Origin: an uncultured Lachnospiraceae bacterium
GTDB lineage: Bacteria > Bacillota > Clostridia > Lachnospirales > Lachnospiraceae
Assembly (NCBI GenBank): GCA_910589105.1
Contig: CAJUST010000011.1
Span: 64,001 to 98,038, forward strand
DNA: 34,038 nucleotides
Reading direction: 5' to 3'
Position 1 is the first letter of the stretch. The number at the start of each line of letters is the position of its first letter. Made by a program: the position numbers and the translations under genes. Under the pieces are notes generated by a model. It ran no database searches. It was not told the origin of the DNA and worked only from the letters and a program-made list of their open reading frames with translations. Positions 1 through 9,579 of this stretch are shown here, in pieces.

Positions 1-743
1 TCTTTAACCGCGCAGTGGAAGGCGAGAATGATGAAGGAAAAGTTCTTGGCAGCTATGACAAGTGCGCATTCGTAGGAACGGACGCTCCGGAAGCAGGCCA
101 TATGCAGGGCCAGATGGTTGGCGAATATGTAGTGGATAATTTTGAATCCATTGACTTAAACGGCGATGGAAAAATCTCTTATGCAATGTTCATGGGTCAG
201 TTGGGCAATGTGGAAGCAATCGCGCGTACACAGTATGGCGTAGAAGATGCGAACAAAGTCATCACGGAAGCTGGAAAACCGGAATTGGAATTTTTCGATT
301 CTTCCAATCCTGACAAATATCAGGTAGACCAAGATGGTAACTGGAGCGCAACTGCCGCAAACAACTATATGAATACAAACCTTTCCCAGTTTAATGAAAA
401 CAGCAATAACATGATTGAGCTTGTAATCTGCAACAATGACGGTATGGCAGAAGGCGTAATCTCCGCATTAAACGATAAGGGATATAACTTAGGAGACGGA
501 AACTCCAAGACAATCCCGGTATTCGGCGTAGATGCAACGGATGCAGCAAAACAGTTAATTAAAGACGGCAAGATGGTAGGAACCATTAAGCAGGATGCAG
601 AAGGTATGGCAGACTGTATCGCTTTCTTGACAGAGAACTGCGCAACTGGCAAAGACGTTATGGATGGAACAGATTCCTATAATATTTCAGAAAATGTTTC
701 CAACAAGATTTTCATTCCATATCAGCCATATACAGGAGAATAA
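1..743 (+). CDS. mglB: Periplasmic galactose/glucose-binding protein of a sugar ABC transporter (MglB-like); the 5' end lies outside the window
   Basis: The reading frame is open from the window edge. Motifs match MglB: SYDKxxxVGTD, ELVICNNDGMAEGVISAL (compare EVVIANNDAMAMGAVEAL in E. coli MglB) and IPVFGVDA. It is followed by mglA/mglC homologs. Confidence 0.8.
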   Translation, partial: FNRAVEGENDEGKVLGSYDKCAFVGTDAPEAGHMQGQMVGEYVVDNFESIDLNGDGKISYAMFMGQLGNVEAIARTQYGVEDANKVITEAGKPELEFFDSSNPDKYQVDQDGNWSATAANNYMNTNLSQFNENSNNMIELVICNNDGMAEGVISALNDKGYNLGDGNSKTIPVFGVDATDAAKQLIKDGKMVGTIKQDAEGMADCIAFLTENCATGKDVMDGTDSYNISENVSNKIFIPYQPYTGE

Positions 744-775
744 TCACAGAAATATAAAATTGAATTAGGATCATA

Positions 776-811
776 AAAGATGGCCGTCCAAGGGTGGCGG
801 CCTCTTTTATG
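776..811 (+). terminator. Intercistronic hairpin plus T-run between mglB and mglA (partial terminator/attenuator)
   Basis: aagatggccg...cggcctctttt forms an imperfect stem of about 9 bp followed by TTTT. This is the usual arrangement where the binding-protein gene is expressed above the downstream ATPase/permease genes. Confidence 0.4.
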
Positions 812-858
812 CTATACGAATGGTAGATAAGGCATAACAAGAGATTGGAGGGCAGATT

Positions 859-2352
859 ATGGAACATGATGTTCTATTACAGATGACAGGTATATGTAAA
901 GAGTTTCCGGGCGTAAAAGCGTTGGATAATGTTTCCCTGACTGTCAGGAGAGGGACTGTCCATGCGTTGATGGGTGAAAACGGAGCCGGAAAGTCTACGC
1001 TTATGAAGTGTCTGTTTGGTATGTACAACAAAGATGCCGGACAGATTTTCCTTGAGGGGAAGGAAGTAAACTTCGCTAATTCAAAACAGGCATTGGAAAA
1101 TGGCGTTGCCATGGTACATCAGGAATTAAATCAGGCATTAAAACGAAGCGTTCAGGATAATCTCTGGCTTGGGCGCTACCCCAAAATCGGCGGCGTTATG
1201 ATCAATGAAAAGAAAATGTATGATGATACAATGGGGCTTTTTAAGAAACTAGAGATTACAGTAGATCCGAGAAGGATCATGAGCACTATGCCAGTGTCCC
1301 AAAGACAGATGGTAGAAATTGCAAAAGCAGTTTCCTTTAATTCGAAAATAATTGTATTTGATGAGCCTACTTCCTCCTTGACCGAAGAGGAAGTGGAACA
1401 CTTATTCAAAATTATAAATATGCTGCGTGATCAGGGCTGTGGGATTATTTATATATCACATAAAATGGCTGAAATCCTGCGTATATCTGATGACGTTACC
1501 ATCATGCGCGACGGTCAGTATGTCGCTACAAAACCGGCAAAAGAGCTGACGATGGATGAGATTATCCGTTTGATGGTAGGACGTGAACTGGGCAACCAGT
1601 TCCCGCCAAAGACAAATAAACCGGGGGATGTGGCGTTAGAAGTGGAAGGGCTTACTGCGCAGTATTCTCTGTTGAAAGACGTGTCTTTTAAAGCGCGCCA
1701 AGGTGAAATTATAGGGTTTGCCGGGCTCGACGGAAGCGGGCGGACCGAATGTTTAGAGAATATTTTCGGCATTGCGACGCGCAGGGACGGCGTAATTAAG
1801 CTTCACGGCAAAGAGGTAAAAAACCGCAATGCGAGAGAATCCATTGCGAACGGGTTTGCCATGCTGACGGAGGAACGCCGGGCGACAGGTATTTTTGGCA
1901 TTTTAAATATTCGGGAAAACACGGTAATTTCCAGCTTAAAGAAACACAATGCGCTTTTCCTAAACGGTAAGACGATGCGGGACGACACGCAATGGTCTAT
2001 TGACGCCATGCGCACCAAGACGCCGACTCAGGAGACGCAGATCCGTTCTCTTTCCGGTGGAAACCAACAGAAGGTTATCCTTGGCCGGTGGCTTTTGACG
2101 GAGCCGGAAGTGCTTCTTTTAGATGAACCGACCAGAGGAATTGACGTTGGGGCGAAATATGAGATTTACCAGTTGATCCTTGATTTGGCAAATAAAGGTA
2201 AAATTGTCCTTGTAGTGTCTTCCGAGATGCCGGAGCTTCTTGGAATTTGTGACCGTATCCTTGTAATGTCCGGCGGACGGCTTGCCGGAGAGGTAGACGC
2301 AAAGAATACCACGCAGGAAGAAATTATGACTTACGCTGCAAAATATGTATAA
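859..2352 (+). CDS. mglA: Sugar ABC transporter ATP-binding protein with duplicated ABC domains (MglA-like)
   Basis: 497 aa. Two Walker A sites (GENGAGKST and GLDGSGRTE) and two ABC signature motifs (LSGGNQQK). RBS ggag 8 nt upstream of the ATG. Confidence 0.85.
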   Translation: MEHDVLLQMTGICKEFPGVKALDNVSLTVRRGTVHALMGENGAGKSTLMKCLFGMYNKDAGQIFLEGKEVNFANSKQALENGVAMVHQELNQALKRSVQDNLWLGRYPKIGGVMINEKKMYDDTMGLFKKLEITVDPRRIMSTMPVSQRQMVEIAKAVSFNSKIIVFDEPTSSLTEEEVEHLFKIINMLRDQGCGIIYISHKMAEILRISDDVTIMRDGQYVATKPAKELTMDEIIRLMVGRELGNQFPPKTNKPGDVALEVEGLTAQYSLLKDVSFKARQGEIIGFAGLDGSGRTECLENIFGIATRRDGVIKLHGKEVKNRNARESIANGFAMLTEERRATGIFGILNIRENTVISSLKKHNALFLNGKTMRDDTQWSIDAMRTKTPTQETQIRSLSGGNQQKVILGRWLLTEPEVLLLDEPTRGIDVGAKYEIYQLILDLANKGKIVLVVSSEMPELLGICDRILVMSGGRLAGEVDAKNTTQEEIMTYAAKYV

Positions 2353-2367
2353 AGGAGGCAGAGCAAA

Positions 2368-3438
2368 ATGAAAGCTATTGACAATATGAAAAACAAATAT
2401 GCAGCTTATCAGGAGCTGGATAGCAGAGATAAAAAGACATTTTGGAAGGAATCGTTGATGAACAACGCGATGTATATCCTTCTAATTCTTGTAGTAATTT
2501 ATACGACAATACAAAATCCAAAATTTTTGGGTGTCAGCTCAATTATTAACATTGTTTCGCTTGTTGCGGCATACATACCGATTTCCTGCGGAATTGCAGG
2601 ATGTATCGTATTAACGGGAACCGACCTTTCGGCAGGGCGTGTCGTTGGTCTGACCGCATGTATCTCTGCATCGCTGCTTCAGTCGATGGATTATGCAACT
2701 AGAATGTTTGGCGATATGAAGCCGCTTCCAATTCCGGTAGTTATCTTAATTGTGCTTGCAGTCGGCGGCGTTGTCGGCTGGGTAAATGGTTTCTTCGTTG
2801 CAAAGTTTGGACTGCATCCATTTATCGTAACATTGGCGACACAGCTTATTGTATATGGTATCCTGTTGATGTATATTATGATTAACGGCAACAATGGCCA
2901 GCCGCTTTCCGGTTTGGATCAGTCTTTTAAAGATTTCGTAACAGGAAGCATTATTGGAATCGGAGGGACGCCTATTCCGAATTATGTATGGTTTGCAGTT
3001 CTTGTTGTCATTATTATGTGGTATGTCTGGAATAAGACTTCTTTCGGCAAAAATATGTTTGCCGTAGGATCGAATCCGGAAGCCGCAAATGTATCCGGCG
3101 TAAACGTTGCCAGAACGACAATTTTAGTGCATACGCTTGCTGGGGCAATGTATGGAATTACCGGATTTATCGAAGCTGCCCGCGTTGGCTCTAACTCAGC
3201 GACGACCGGACAGAACTACGAGTGTGATGCGATTGCAGCCTGCGTTATCGGCGGCGTGTCTTTCGTAGGCGGTACCGGTAAAATCAGCGGCGTTGTATTA
3301 GGCGTATTCGTGCTTCGTATTATCTTCGGCGCATTGATTTTCTTATCTATCAGCCAGAACTGGCAGTATGTCATCAAGGGCGTGATTATCCTTGTAGCGT
3401 GCGCGATTGATATGAGAAAATATTTGGTTCGTAAATAA
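2368..3438 (+). CDS. mglC: Sugar ABC transporter permease (MglC-like)
   Basis: 356 aa, polytopic and hydrophobic. Strong RBS aaaggagg. Immediately downstream of mglA. Confidence 0.8.
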   Translation: MKAIDNMKNKYAAYQELDSRDKKTFWKESLMNNAMYILLILVVIYTTIQNPKFLGVSSIINIVSLVAAYIPISCGIAGCIVLTGTDLSAGRVVGLTACISASLLQSMDYATRMFGDMKPLPIPVVILIVLAVGGVVGWVNGFFVAKFGLHPFIVTLATQLIVYGILLMYIMINGNNGQPLSGLDQSFKDFVTGSIIGIGGTPIPNYVWFAVLVVIIMWYVWNKTSFGKNMFAVGSNPEAANVSGVNVARTTILVHTLAGAMYGITGFIEAARVGSNSATTGQNYECDAIAACVIGGVSFVGGTGKISGVVLGVFVLRIIFGALIFLSISQNWQYVIKGVIILVACAIDMRKYLVRK

Positions 3439-3509
3439 ATATAGTTTGGGGGCTGCCATGGAATCGTTCCGGTTCCATGGCAATTCCATTCTTAGAAATG
3501 AGGTTTTTT

Positions 3510-3779
3510 ATGAATGAAAGGGTAAAGACAAATTTGCGCAGCGCAATTTATGAAATGGGCGGCATTTATCTTTTATATCTTGCCTACCAGATGTTCCGGA
3601 ATAAGGAGGAAAGCTCTGGAGGGGAATATCTGGCAGTCATAGCCGCAATCATTGGGTTTTTGGTGATTGGGATAGGCATGATTGCGTTTGGCTTTTATAT
3701 GATGAATAAAGTCAGGAAACAGGATATACAGGCGAGAGAAGATGCAAAAGCCGTTGAGGAAAAGAAAACAGAAGATTGA
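3510..3779 (+). CDS. Small hypothetical membrane protein (2 TM, charged C-tail)
   Basis: The track ORF is 3477-3779. The ATG at 3510 (MNERVKT...) has a GAGG 8 nt upstream. Two hydrophobic helices followed by a K/E-rich tail. Confidence 0.4.
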   Translation: MNERVKTNLRSAIYEMGGIYLLYLAYQMFRNKEESSGGEYLAVIAAIIGFLVIGIGMIAFGFYMMNKVRKQDIQAREDAKAVEEKKTED

Positions 3780-3791
3780 CAGGAGGAACTT

Positions 3792-4505
3792 ATGGAATTA
3801 CAATCATTAGAAGGACAGCTTTCAAACAATCCTTATCCGGGCAGGGGAATTATAATTGGAAAGAGCAAAGACGGCTTGTTTGCCGTAATGGCATATTTTA
3901 TTATGGGGAGAAGTGAAAACAGCCGGAACCGTATCTTTGTAGAAGATGGGGAGGGCATACGCACACAGGCTTTTGATCCGGCGAAATTAAGCGATCCAAG
4001 CCTGATTATTTATGCTCCGGTCCGTGTGCTTGGAAACAAGACGATTGTCACGAACGGAGACCAGACGGATACGATTTACGAAGGGATGGACAGGCAGCAG
4101 ACATTTGAACAGGCGCTTAGAAGCCGTGAATTTGAACCGGATGCGCCAAATTTCACGCCAAGGATTTCCGGTATTTTGCATATTGAGAACGGCGGATATA
4201 ACTATGCGATGTCTATTTTAAAAAGCAGTGACGGCAATCCGGCTTCTTGCTGCCGTTATACGTTTGCGTATGAGAATCCGCTGAATGGGGAAGGGCATTT
4301 TATCCATACCTACCAACAGGACGGCAACCCTCTGCCATCTTTTGAGGGAGAGCCGAAGCGGGTGGCGATAGAAGGAGACATCGACACGTTTGCAGGCAAA
4401 ATTTGGGAGAATTTGAATGCCCAGAATAAAGTCTCTTTATTTGCGCGTTATATTGACTTAGCGTCAGGGGCTTATGAATCCAGAATTATCAACAAGAACA
4501 GTTAA
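3792..4505 (+). CDS. purO: PurO-type IMP cyclohydrolase
   Basis: GRGIIIGKSKDGLFAVMAYFIMGRSENSRNR and NGDQTDTI align with archaeal PurO ([35 protein letters not shown]). RBS aggagg. Confidence 0.8.
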   Translation: MELQSLEGQLSNNPYPGRGIIIGKSKDGLFAVMAYFIMGRSENSRNRIFVEDGEGIRTQAFDPAKLSDPSLIIYAPVRVLGNKTIVTNGDQTDTIYEGMDRQQTFEQALRSREFEPDAPNFTPRISGILHIENGGYNYAMSILKSSDGNPASCCRYTFAYENPLNGEGHFIHTYQQDGNPLPSFEGEPKRVAIEGDIDTFAGKIWENLNAQNKVSLFARYIDLASGAYESRIINKNS

Positions 4506-4523
4506 GCAGGAGAGTGTAAAACG

Positions 4524-5702
4524 ATGAAGGAATTAGAGTTAAAATATGGATGCAATCCGAATCAGAAACCATCGCGGATTTATGTGGAAAATGGGGAATT
4601 GCCAATTAAGGTATTGAGCGGCAAGCCGGGATATATTAATTTTTTGGATGCATTAAACGGCTGGCAGTTGGTGAAAGAATTAAAAGAGGCCACGGGACTT
4701 GCGGCGGCGGCTTCGTTTAAGCATGTTTCTCCGGCCGGCGCGGCTGTCGGGCTTCCATTATCGGAAGTAGAGAAAAAGATTTACTGGGTGGAAGACATGG
4801 ATATGGAATTTACGCCGCTTGCCAACGCTTATGCAAGGGCGAGAGGGGCGGACCGCATGTCCTCTTTTGGTGATTTTATTTCGCTTTCGGATACTTGTGA
4901 CAAGGAGACGGCGCTCATTATAAAGCGGGAAGTTTCAGACGGCGTAATTGCGCCGGGGTATGATCCGGAAGCGCTTGAAATTTTAAAAGCGAAGAAAAGT
5001 GGCGCTTACAATGTCATTGAAGCAGATCCTTCTTATCAACCTGATCCGATTGAGAAGAAACAGGTATTTGGCGTTACGTTTGAACAGGGAAGAAATGAAC
5101 TAAAGATCGATGATGCATTTTTCCAAAATATTGTGACGGAAGAAAAAGAACTGACAGAGCAGGCAAAAATTGATTTGGCAATTTCCATGATTACGCTAAA
5201 ATATACACAGTCTAATTCCGTCTGCTACGTCAAAGACGGACAGGCAATCGGCATCGGGGCGGGCCAGCAGAGCCGTATCCATTGCACAAGGCTGGCAGGG
5301 CAGAAAGCAGACAACTGGTTTTTACGTCAGTCGCCGAAGGTGTTGAACCTACAGTTTGTAGAGGGGATTCGCCGCGCAGATCGGGACAACGCGATTGATC
5401 TTTATATCGGGGAGGAATACATAGATGTGTTAGCGGACGGCGTTTGGGAAACCATTTTTAAAGTAAAGCCGGACGTTTTCACAAAAGAGGAAAAGCGGGC
5501 ATGGCTGGATCAGATGACAGGGGTCACGCTTGGATCGGATGCGTTTTTCCCGTTTGGCGACAATATTGAACGCGCGCATAAGAGCGGCGTGAAGTATGTG
5601 GCGCAGCCGGGCGGTTCTGTACGGGACGACCATGTGATCGCCACTTGCAATAAATACAAAATGGTGATGAGTTTTACCGGACTTCGTTTGTTCCATCATT
5701 AA
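4524..5702 (+). CDS. purH: AICAR formyltransferase (PurH AICARFT domain only; no MGS-like cyclohydrolase domain)
   Basis: 392 aa. LKYGCNPNQ (compare the PurH motif YGENPHQ) and SFKHVSPAGAAVG. The length corresponds to the C-terminal AICARFT half of the bifunctional PurH. Confidence 0.8.
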   Translation: MKELELKYGCNPNQKPSRIYVENGELPIKVLSGKPGYINFLDALNGWQLVKELKEATGLAAAASFKHVSPAGAAVGLPLSEVEKKIYWVEDMDMEFTPLANAYARARGADRMSSFGDFISLSDTCDKETALIIKREVSDGVIAPGYDPEALEILKAKKSGAYNVIEADPSYQPDPIEKKQVFGVTFEQGRNELKIDDAFFQNIVTEEKELTEQAKIDLAISMITLKYTQSNSVCYVKDGQAIGIGAGQQSRIHCTRLAGQKADNWFLRQSPKVLNLQFVEGIRRADRDNAIDLYIGEEYIDVLADGVWETIFKVKPDVFTKEEKRAWLDQMTGVTLGSDAFFPFGDNIERAHKSGVKYVAQPGGSVRDDHVIATCNKYKMVMSFTGLRLFHH

Positions 5703-6949
5703 ACGATAAGCAGTTTTTGCTGTAATTCATTTTTGGGCGGAGTGTTGCTTTTTTGGGCAAAAACGCCATAGTATAAATCAGATGCAAATACATCATGCTG
5801 AAACAATGCCGCGGCGTCTTTTGAAAGCGCCGCGGCGTCTTTTGCAGGCCTTGCAACGATTGGGACGGCGGCATTTTTTTTGATTTCAGGGAAAAAATCC
5901 GCGGCGTCTTTCCGGTAGCCTAACAAACGCAGATAAGGGACGGTTCCGCAGTTTCTGGCGGATTCATAGTCTTTTTTCCGATGGTTTAACAGGATATGCG
6001 TCAGAGCTCGGCTTATACGCGTATAGGTGACGTCTTTGCTTTTGAGCTCTTTGCAAAAAGCTGTAAAATCCGTAAAATTGCGGATGCGTTTTATAATTTT
6101 GTTGGAAAGATCTTCTGAGTTGTCGGCATAACCGGAAAATCCTTCCGCCCGTTCTGAGAGTAATTTGTAAAATAGGATTTGGGAAAAATCCTGTTCGGAT
6201 AAAAAATATCCTTCCGCCGCATTTAATTGGCGTATTGTTTCAGGCGGGGCATAGGCGGCAATTTCTGCTAGGGGGCGGCGCGGCTGTAGAAGATGGCGGC
6301 GGAGGGCGGAAGCGGAACAATGCGTTTTGTTTAATTTTGTATCGTGGTAGCCGGAGCCGTCCCGTAAAATGGGAAGCGGGCAAATCGGGGAATGGAGCCG
6401 GATAAGGGCTTTTTGATATTCTAGGGCGAGAATATTATTTGGGGACTGTAAGAGCGCCCGTAAATCGCTCTCTTTTGTGTTTGGGGACTGTTGTTTGAGA
6501 ATGGAAAGCAGGGACTGCTCTCTTGCGGCAGGGAAGGAAACCCCCTGTTTTAAAAAGCGGGAAACGGAATCTTGATATGCGTCCGGTTCTTCGGCGAGCA
6601 GTCTTGCAGTCAGGCCGATCAGCGGGAAATCCGGCGTTTCACAGCCGAAACAGAGCGTATCGATGCAGCCGAGCAGATGAAAAAGGGTGACGCCTGCCGC
6701 GGCAAAGTATTCAGCGGACGAAACCGCCCAAAGCGTAGGGAGTTCAAAGACGAAATCCGCGCCGTTATGCAGCGCCATAGCGGTCCGGCTGAATTTATCC
6801 AGAATGGCGGGCGCGCCCCTTTGCGTAAAATTTCCGCTTAAAGCAACAATGGCATAATCGGCTTTTGCCAGTTTTTTTGCCTGTGTGAGCTGATAGGCGT
6901 GTCCATTGTGGAATGGATTGTATTCTGCGATAATTCCGACGGCTTTCAT
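5699..6949 (-). CDS. tmcAL: tRNA(Met) cytidine acetate ligase (TmcAL / YlbM family nucleotidyltransferase)
   Basis: The N-terminus MKAVGIIAEYNPFHNGHAYQL is the hallmark of this family. 416 aa. Its stop overlaps the convergent purH stop. Confidence 0.75.
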   Translation of the reverse strand: MKAVGIIAEYNPFHNGHAYQLTQAKKLAKADYAIVALSGNFTQRGAPAILDKFSRTAMALHNGADFVFELPTLWAVSSAEYFAAAGVTLFHLLGCIDTLCFGCETPDFPLIGLTARLLAEEPDAYQDSVSRFLKQGVSFPAAREQSLLSILKQQSPNTKESDLRALLQSPNNILALEYQKALIRLHSPICPLPILRDGSGYHDTKLNKTHCSASALRRHLLQPRRPLAEIAAYAPPETIRQLNAAEGYFLSEQDFSQILFYKLLSERAEGFSGYADNSEDLSNKIIKRIRNFTDFTAFCKELKSKDVTYTRISRALTHILLNHRKKDYESARNCGTVPYLRLLGYRKDAADFFPEIKKNAAVPIVARPAKDAAALSKDAAALFQHDVFASDLYYGVFAQKSNTPPKNELQQKLLIV

Positions 6950-7112
6950 TTGGTTTCCTCCCCGTTTGTTCTAGCATGCTTCCTCTACTCTAACATGGAG
7001 TGCCAGATGTTTCAAATTTAATACATGAAAAAAGTTATTTGACATTGTTTCCCATTTCAAAAAGGATTATACTTTTTATAAAGAAATTGTATGAAGGAGG
7101 GATTCCGCTAAT

Positions 7113-8303
7113 ATGAACGTATTAGTAATTAACTGCGGCAGTTCGTCGCTGAAATATCAGGTGATCAATTCAGAAAGTGAAGAAGTTCTTGCAAAGGGGC
7201 TTTGTGAGCGGATAGGGATTGACGGCAGATTGGTTTATCAGCCGAAAGACGGCGAAAAGGAGATTACGGAGGCGCCGATGCCGACGCATACGGAGGCGGT
7301 CCGTATGGTTTTGGATGCCTTAGTGAATCCGGACACAGGAATTTTTCAGAGTTTAGATGAAATTGAAGCTGTAGGGCATCGTCTTGTGCATGGCGGTGAA
7401 AAGTTTGCGGCTTCTGTTTTAATTAATGAGGAAGTCATTACAGCAGTGGAAGAATGTTCGGATTTAGCGCCTTTGCATAATCCGGCGAATTTAATCGGCG
7501 TGAGAGCCTGTCAGGAGGTATTGAAAGATGTGCCGATGGCGGGCGTGTTTGACACGGCATTTCATCAGACAATGCCGAAAGAAGCGTATCTGTATGGCAT
7601 TCCATATGAATATTATGAAAAATATAAGGCGCGGAAATACGGCTTTCACGGCACGAGCCACAGTTATGTGTCGAAACGGGCGGCGGAGTTTTTGGGAAAA
7701 CCCTATGACAGTTTAAAAACGATTGTCTGCCATCTGGGAAACGGCTCAAGCATCTGCGCAGTGAAAAATGGCAAGTCTGTTGACACTTCCATGGGGCTTT
7801 CCCCGTTAGAGGGGCTGATTATGGGGACGCGTTCCGGAGACATTGATCCTTCCGCCATAGAATTTTTGGCGAAAAAGGAAAACTTGAGCTTAGAAGAAAT
7901 GTTAAACGTGTTGAATAAAGAGTCGGGAGTTTACGGCATTTCGGGACTGTCGAGCGACTTTAGGGATTTGGATCAAGCGGTAAGCGAAGGGAATGCGCGC
8001 GCGAAAACGGCTAGGGAGATGTTCTGTTACCGGGCGGCAAAATATATCGGTTCTTACGCAGCGGCGATGAATGGCGTGGACGTGATTTGTTTTACGGCGG
8101 GAGTCGGAGAAAATGACGGGAAAGTCCGTGAAATGATTTGCAGCTATCTGGGCTATCTGGGTCTTGCGTTGGATTCAGAAGCGAACAAGAAACGCGGCGA
8201 GGAAACTGTTCTTTCGACCCCTGATTCGAAAGTGACGGTGTTGTTAGCGCCGACCAATGAAGAACTTGCAATTTGCCGGGAAACGGTTGCATTGTTGAAA
8301 TAG
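7113..8303 (+). CDS. ackA: Acetate kinase
   Basis: MNVLVINCGSSSLKYQ N-terminus, 396 aa, RBS gaaggagg. Confidence 0.9.
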   Translation: MNVLVINCGSSSLKYQVINSESEEVLAKGLCERIGIDGRLVYQPKDGEKEITEAPMPTHTEAVRMVLDALVNPDTGIFQSLDEIEAVGHRLVHGGEKFAASVLINEEVITAVEECSDLAPLHNPANLIGVRACQEVLKDVPMAGVFDTAFHQTMPKEAYLYGIPYEYYEKYKARKYGFHGTSHSYVSKRAAEFLGKPYDSLKTIVCHLGNGSSICAVKNGKSVDTSMGLSPLEGLIMGTRSGDIDPSAIEFLAKKENLSLEEMLNVLNKESGVYGISGLSSDFRDLDQAVSEGNARAKTAREMFCYRAAKYIGSYAAAMNGVDVICFTAGVGENDGKVREMICSYLGYLGLALDSEANKKRGEETVLSTPDSKVTVLLAPTNEELAICRETVALLK

Positions 8304-8316
8304 AGGAGGATTAGTT

Positions 8317-8991
8317 ATGAAATATTCAATCGAAGGAGAACCGCTGCCAGTTGTTATCTGCCAGTTAGAGCAAAATGAAAAAATGATTACGGAAAAAGGG
8401 GCAATGTCATGGATGTCCCCGAATATGAAAATGGAGACTGTGGGCGGCGGCGTTGGCAAGATGTTTGGCAGAATGTTCAGTGGAGAGAGTATGTTTGTCA
8501 ACCACTATACCGCGATGGGAGGACCGGGAGAGATTGCGTTCGCTTCTAGTTTTCCGGGCGCAATCCGCGCATTTGACATTTCACCGGGACGTGATATGAT
8601 CTGCCAGAAAACAGCGTTTTTGGCTTCTACGGATAAAGTGGAGTTTTCTGTGCATTTCCAGAAAAAAGTTGGAAGTGGGCTGTTCGGCGGAGAAGGGTTT
8701 ATTATGCAGAAACTGTCGGGAAGCGGCGTGGCGTTTGTGGAATTTGACGGTTATATCAAAGAGTATAACCTTGCTCCAGGACAGTCGATTGTCATTGACA
8801 CCGGATATTTGGCGGCAATGGATGCGACCTGCTCTATTGAAATCCAGAAAGTGCCGGGCGTGAAGAATATGCTGTTCGGCGGGGAAGGCGTATTTAATAC
8901 AGTTGTGACGGGACCGGGACGCGTGTTGCTTCAGTCTATGCCGATTGGACAGATGGCAGGAACGCTGATTCCGTACCTTCCGGCAAAATAG
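8317..8991 (+). CDS. TIGR00266 / DUF124 (AIM24-like) family protein
   Basis: 224 aa, Gly-rich repeated GGEG motifs (GGGVGKMFG, LFGGEGF, LFGGEGV) typical of this family. RBS gaggagg. Confidence 0.6.
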   Translation: MKYSIEGEPLPVVICQLEQNEKMITEKGAMSWMSPNMKMETVGGGVGKMFGRMFSGESMFVNHYTAMGGPGEIAFASSFPGAIRAFDISPGRDMICQKTAFLASTDKVEFSVHFQKKVGSGLFGGEGFIMQKLSGSGVAFVEFDGYIKEYNLAPGQSIVIDTGYLAAMDATCSIEIQKVPGVKNMLFGGEGVFNTVVTGPGRVLLQSMPIGQMAGTLIPYLPAK

Positions 8992-9036
8992 AGAGTTTTT
9001 GCCGGAATGATCTGAGTATTGTAATATTAATAATAT

Positions 9037-9099
9037 ACACGAAAATTGTGCTTTGCATGACTTTATGTGATGTAAAGCCACAATTTTCGTGTTTTTTTA
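9037..9099 (+). terminator. Long hairpin terminator after the ackA/TIGR00266 operon
   Basis: A perfect 14-bp inverted repeat (acacgaaaattgtg / cacaattttcgtgt) extends by a further 8 bp including a G-U pair (ctttgcat/atgtaaag). It has an 11-nt loop and a run of 7 T. Confidence 0.6.
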
Positions 9100-9106
9100 T
9101 GCCTAA

Positions 9107-9135
9107 TTGACAGAAATAATATTCTGTGGTATTAT
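9107..9135 (+). promoter_or_regulatory. Sigma-A-like promoter (TTGACA-17-TATTAT)
   Basis: TTGACA at 9107-9112, a 17-bp spacer, TATTAT at 9130-9135. It would give a leader of about 200 nt before the ORF at 9343. Confidence 0.4.
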
Positions 9136-9342
9136 TATGTATATTCTATAGTATAAATTTTGCAAAGGACTTATCTGTAAAGATTAGGAAAGGTTTTTGG
9201 CAGTTAGGAAAGAGTAAATTTATATAAAAGTATGTAGATTTTGTTGAGAGATAGAATGCTTGCTCAGATAGCGTGGGGGTATTCTATTTTTGTGTTTAAT
9301 TTTGGGGGATATGGATTGAAAAATAACTGCAAAGAGGTGGGA

Positions 9343-9579
9343 ATGGAGAAGAAAAAAGTTTTCGCATGTTTGGGTTTTGAAGCGGGTCTGGCATTGCTCT
9401 ATCTGTTTTTCTGGAATATTGGCATAAAGCAATTTATTCCAGAACAAGACTTCTTTCTTATAAAAAATGTCTATTTGGCATTGGCGTTTTTGTCCATGAC
9501 TCTTTTGGGTTTCGTAGAACTGTATAGAGATAAAAAGAAAAAAAGTAAGATGGAAGTCCGCTTTTTTGGATGCTGCTGA
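9343..9579 (+). CDS. Small 2-TM membrane protein (hypothetical)
   Basis: The ATG at 9343 sits after AGAGGTGGG. Sequence MEKKKVFACLGFEAGLALLYLFFWNIG... Its stop overlaps the next ATG in an ATGCTGCTGA arrangement, which suggests translational coupling. Confidence 0.4.
   Translation: MEKKKVFACLGFEAGLALLYLFFWNIGIKQFIPEQDFFLIKNVYLALAFLSMTLLGFVELYRDKKKKSKMEVRFFGCC

Noticed and set aside
5807-5902. The triple 13-nt direct repeat as an intergenic regulatory or CRISPR-like element
   Set aside because: It lies inside the tmcAL coding region and is read in frame as KDAA repeats. It is not spacer-interleaved.
6950-7112. CcpA cre site or a clean consensus promoter upstream of ackA
   Set aside because: TTGACA (7040-7045) and TATACT are present but spaced 23 bp apart. 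Only a weak TTGTTT-17-TATACT alternative exists. No TGWAANCGNTNWCA-like cre match was found.
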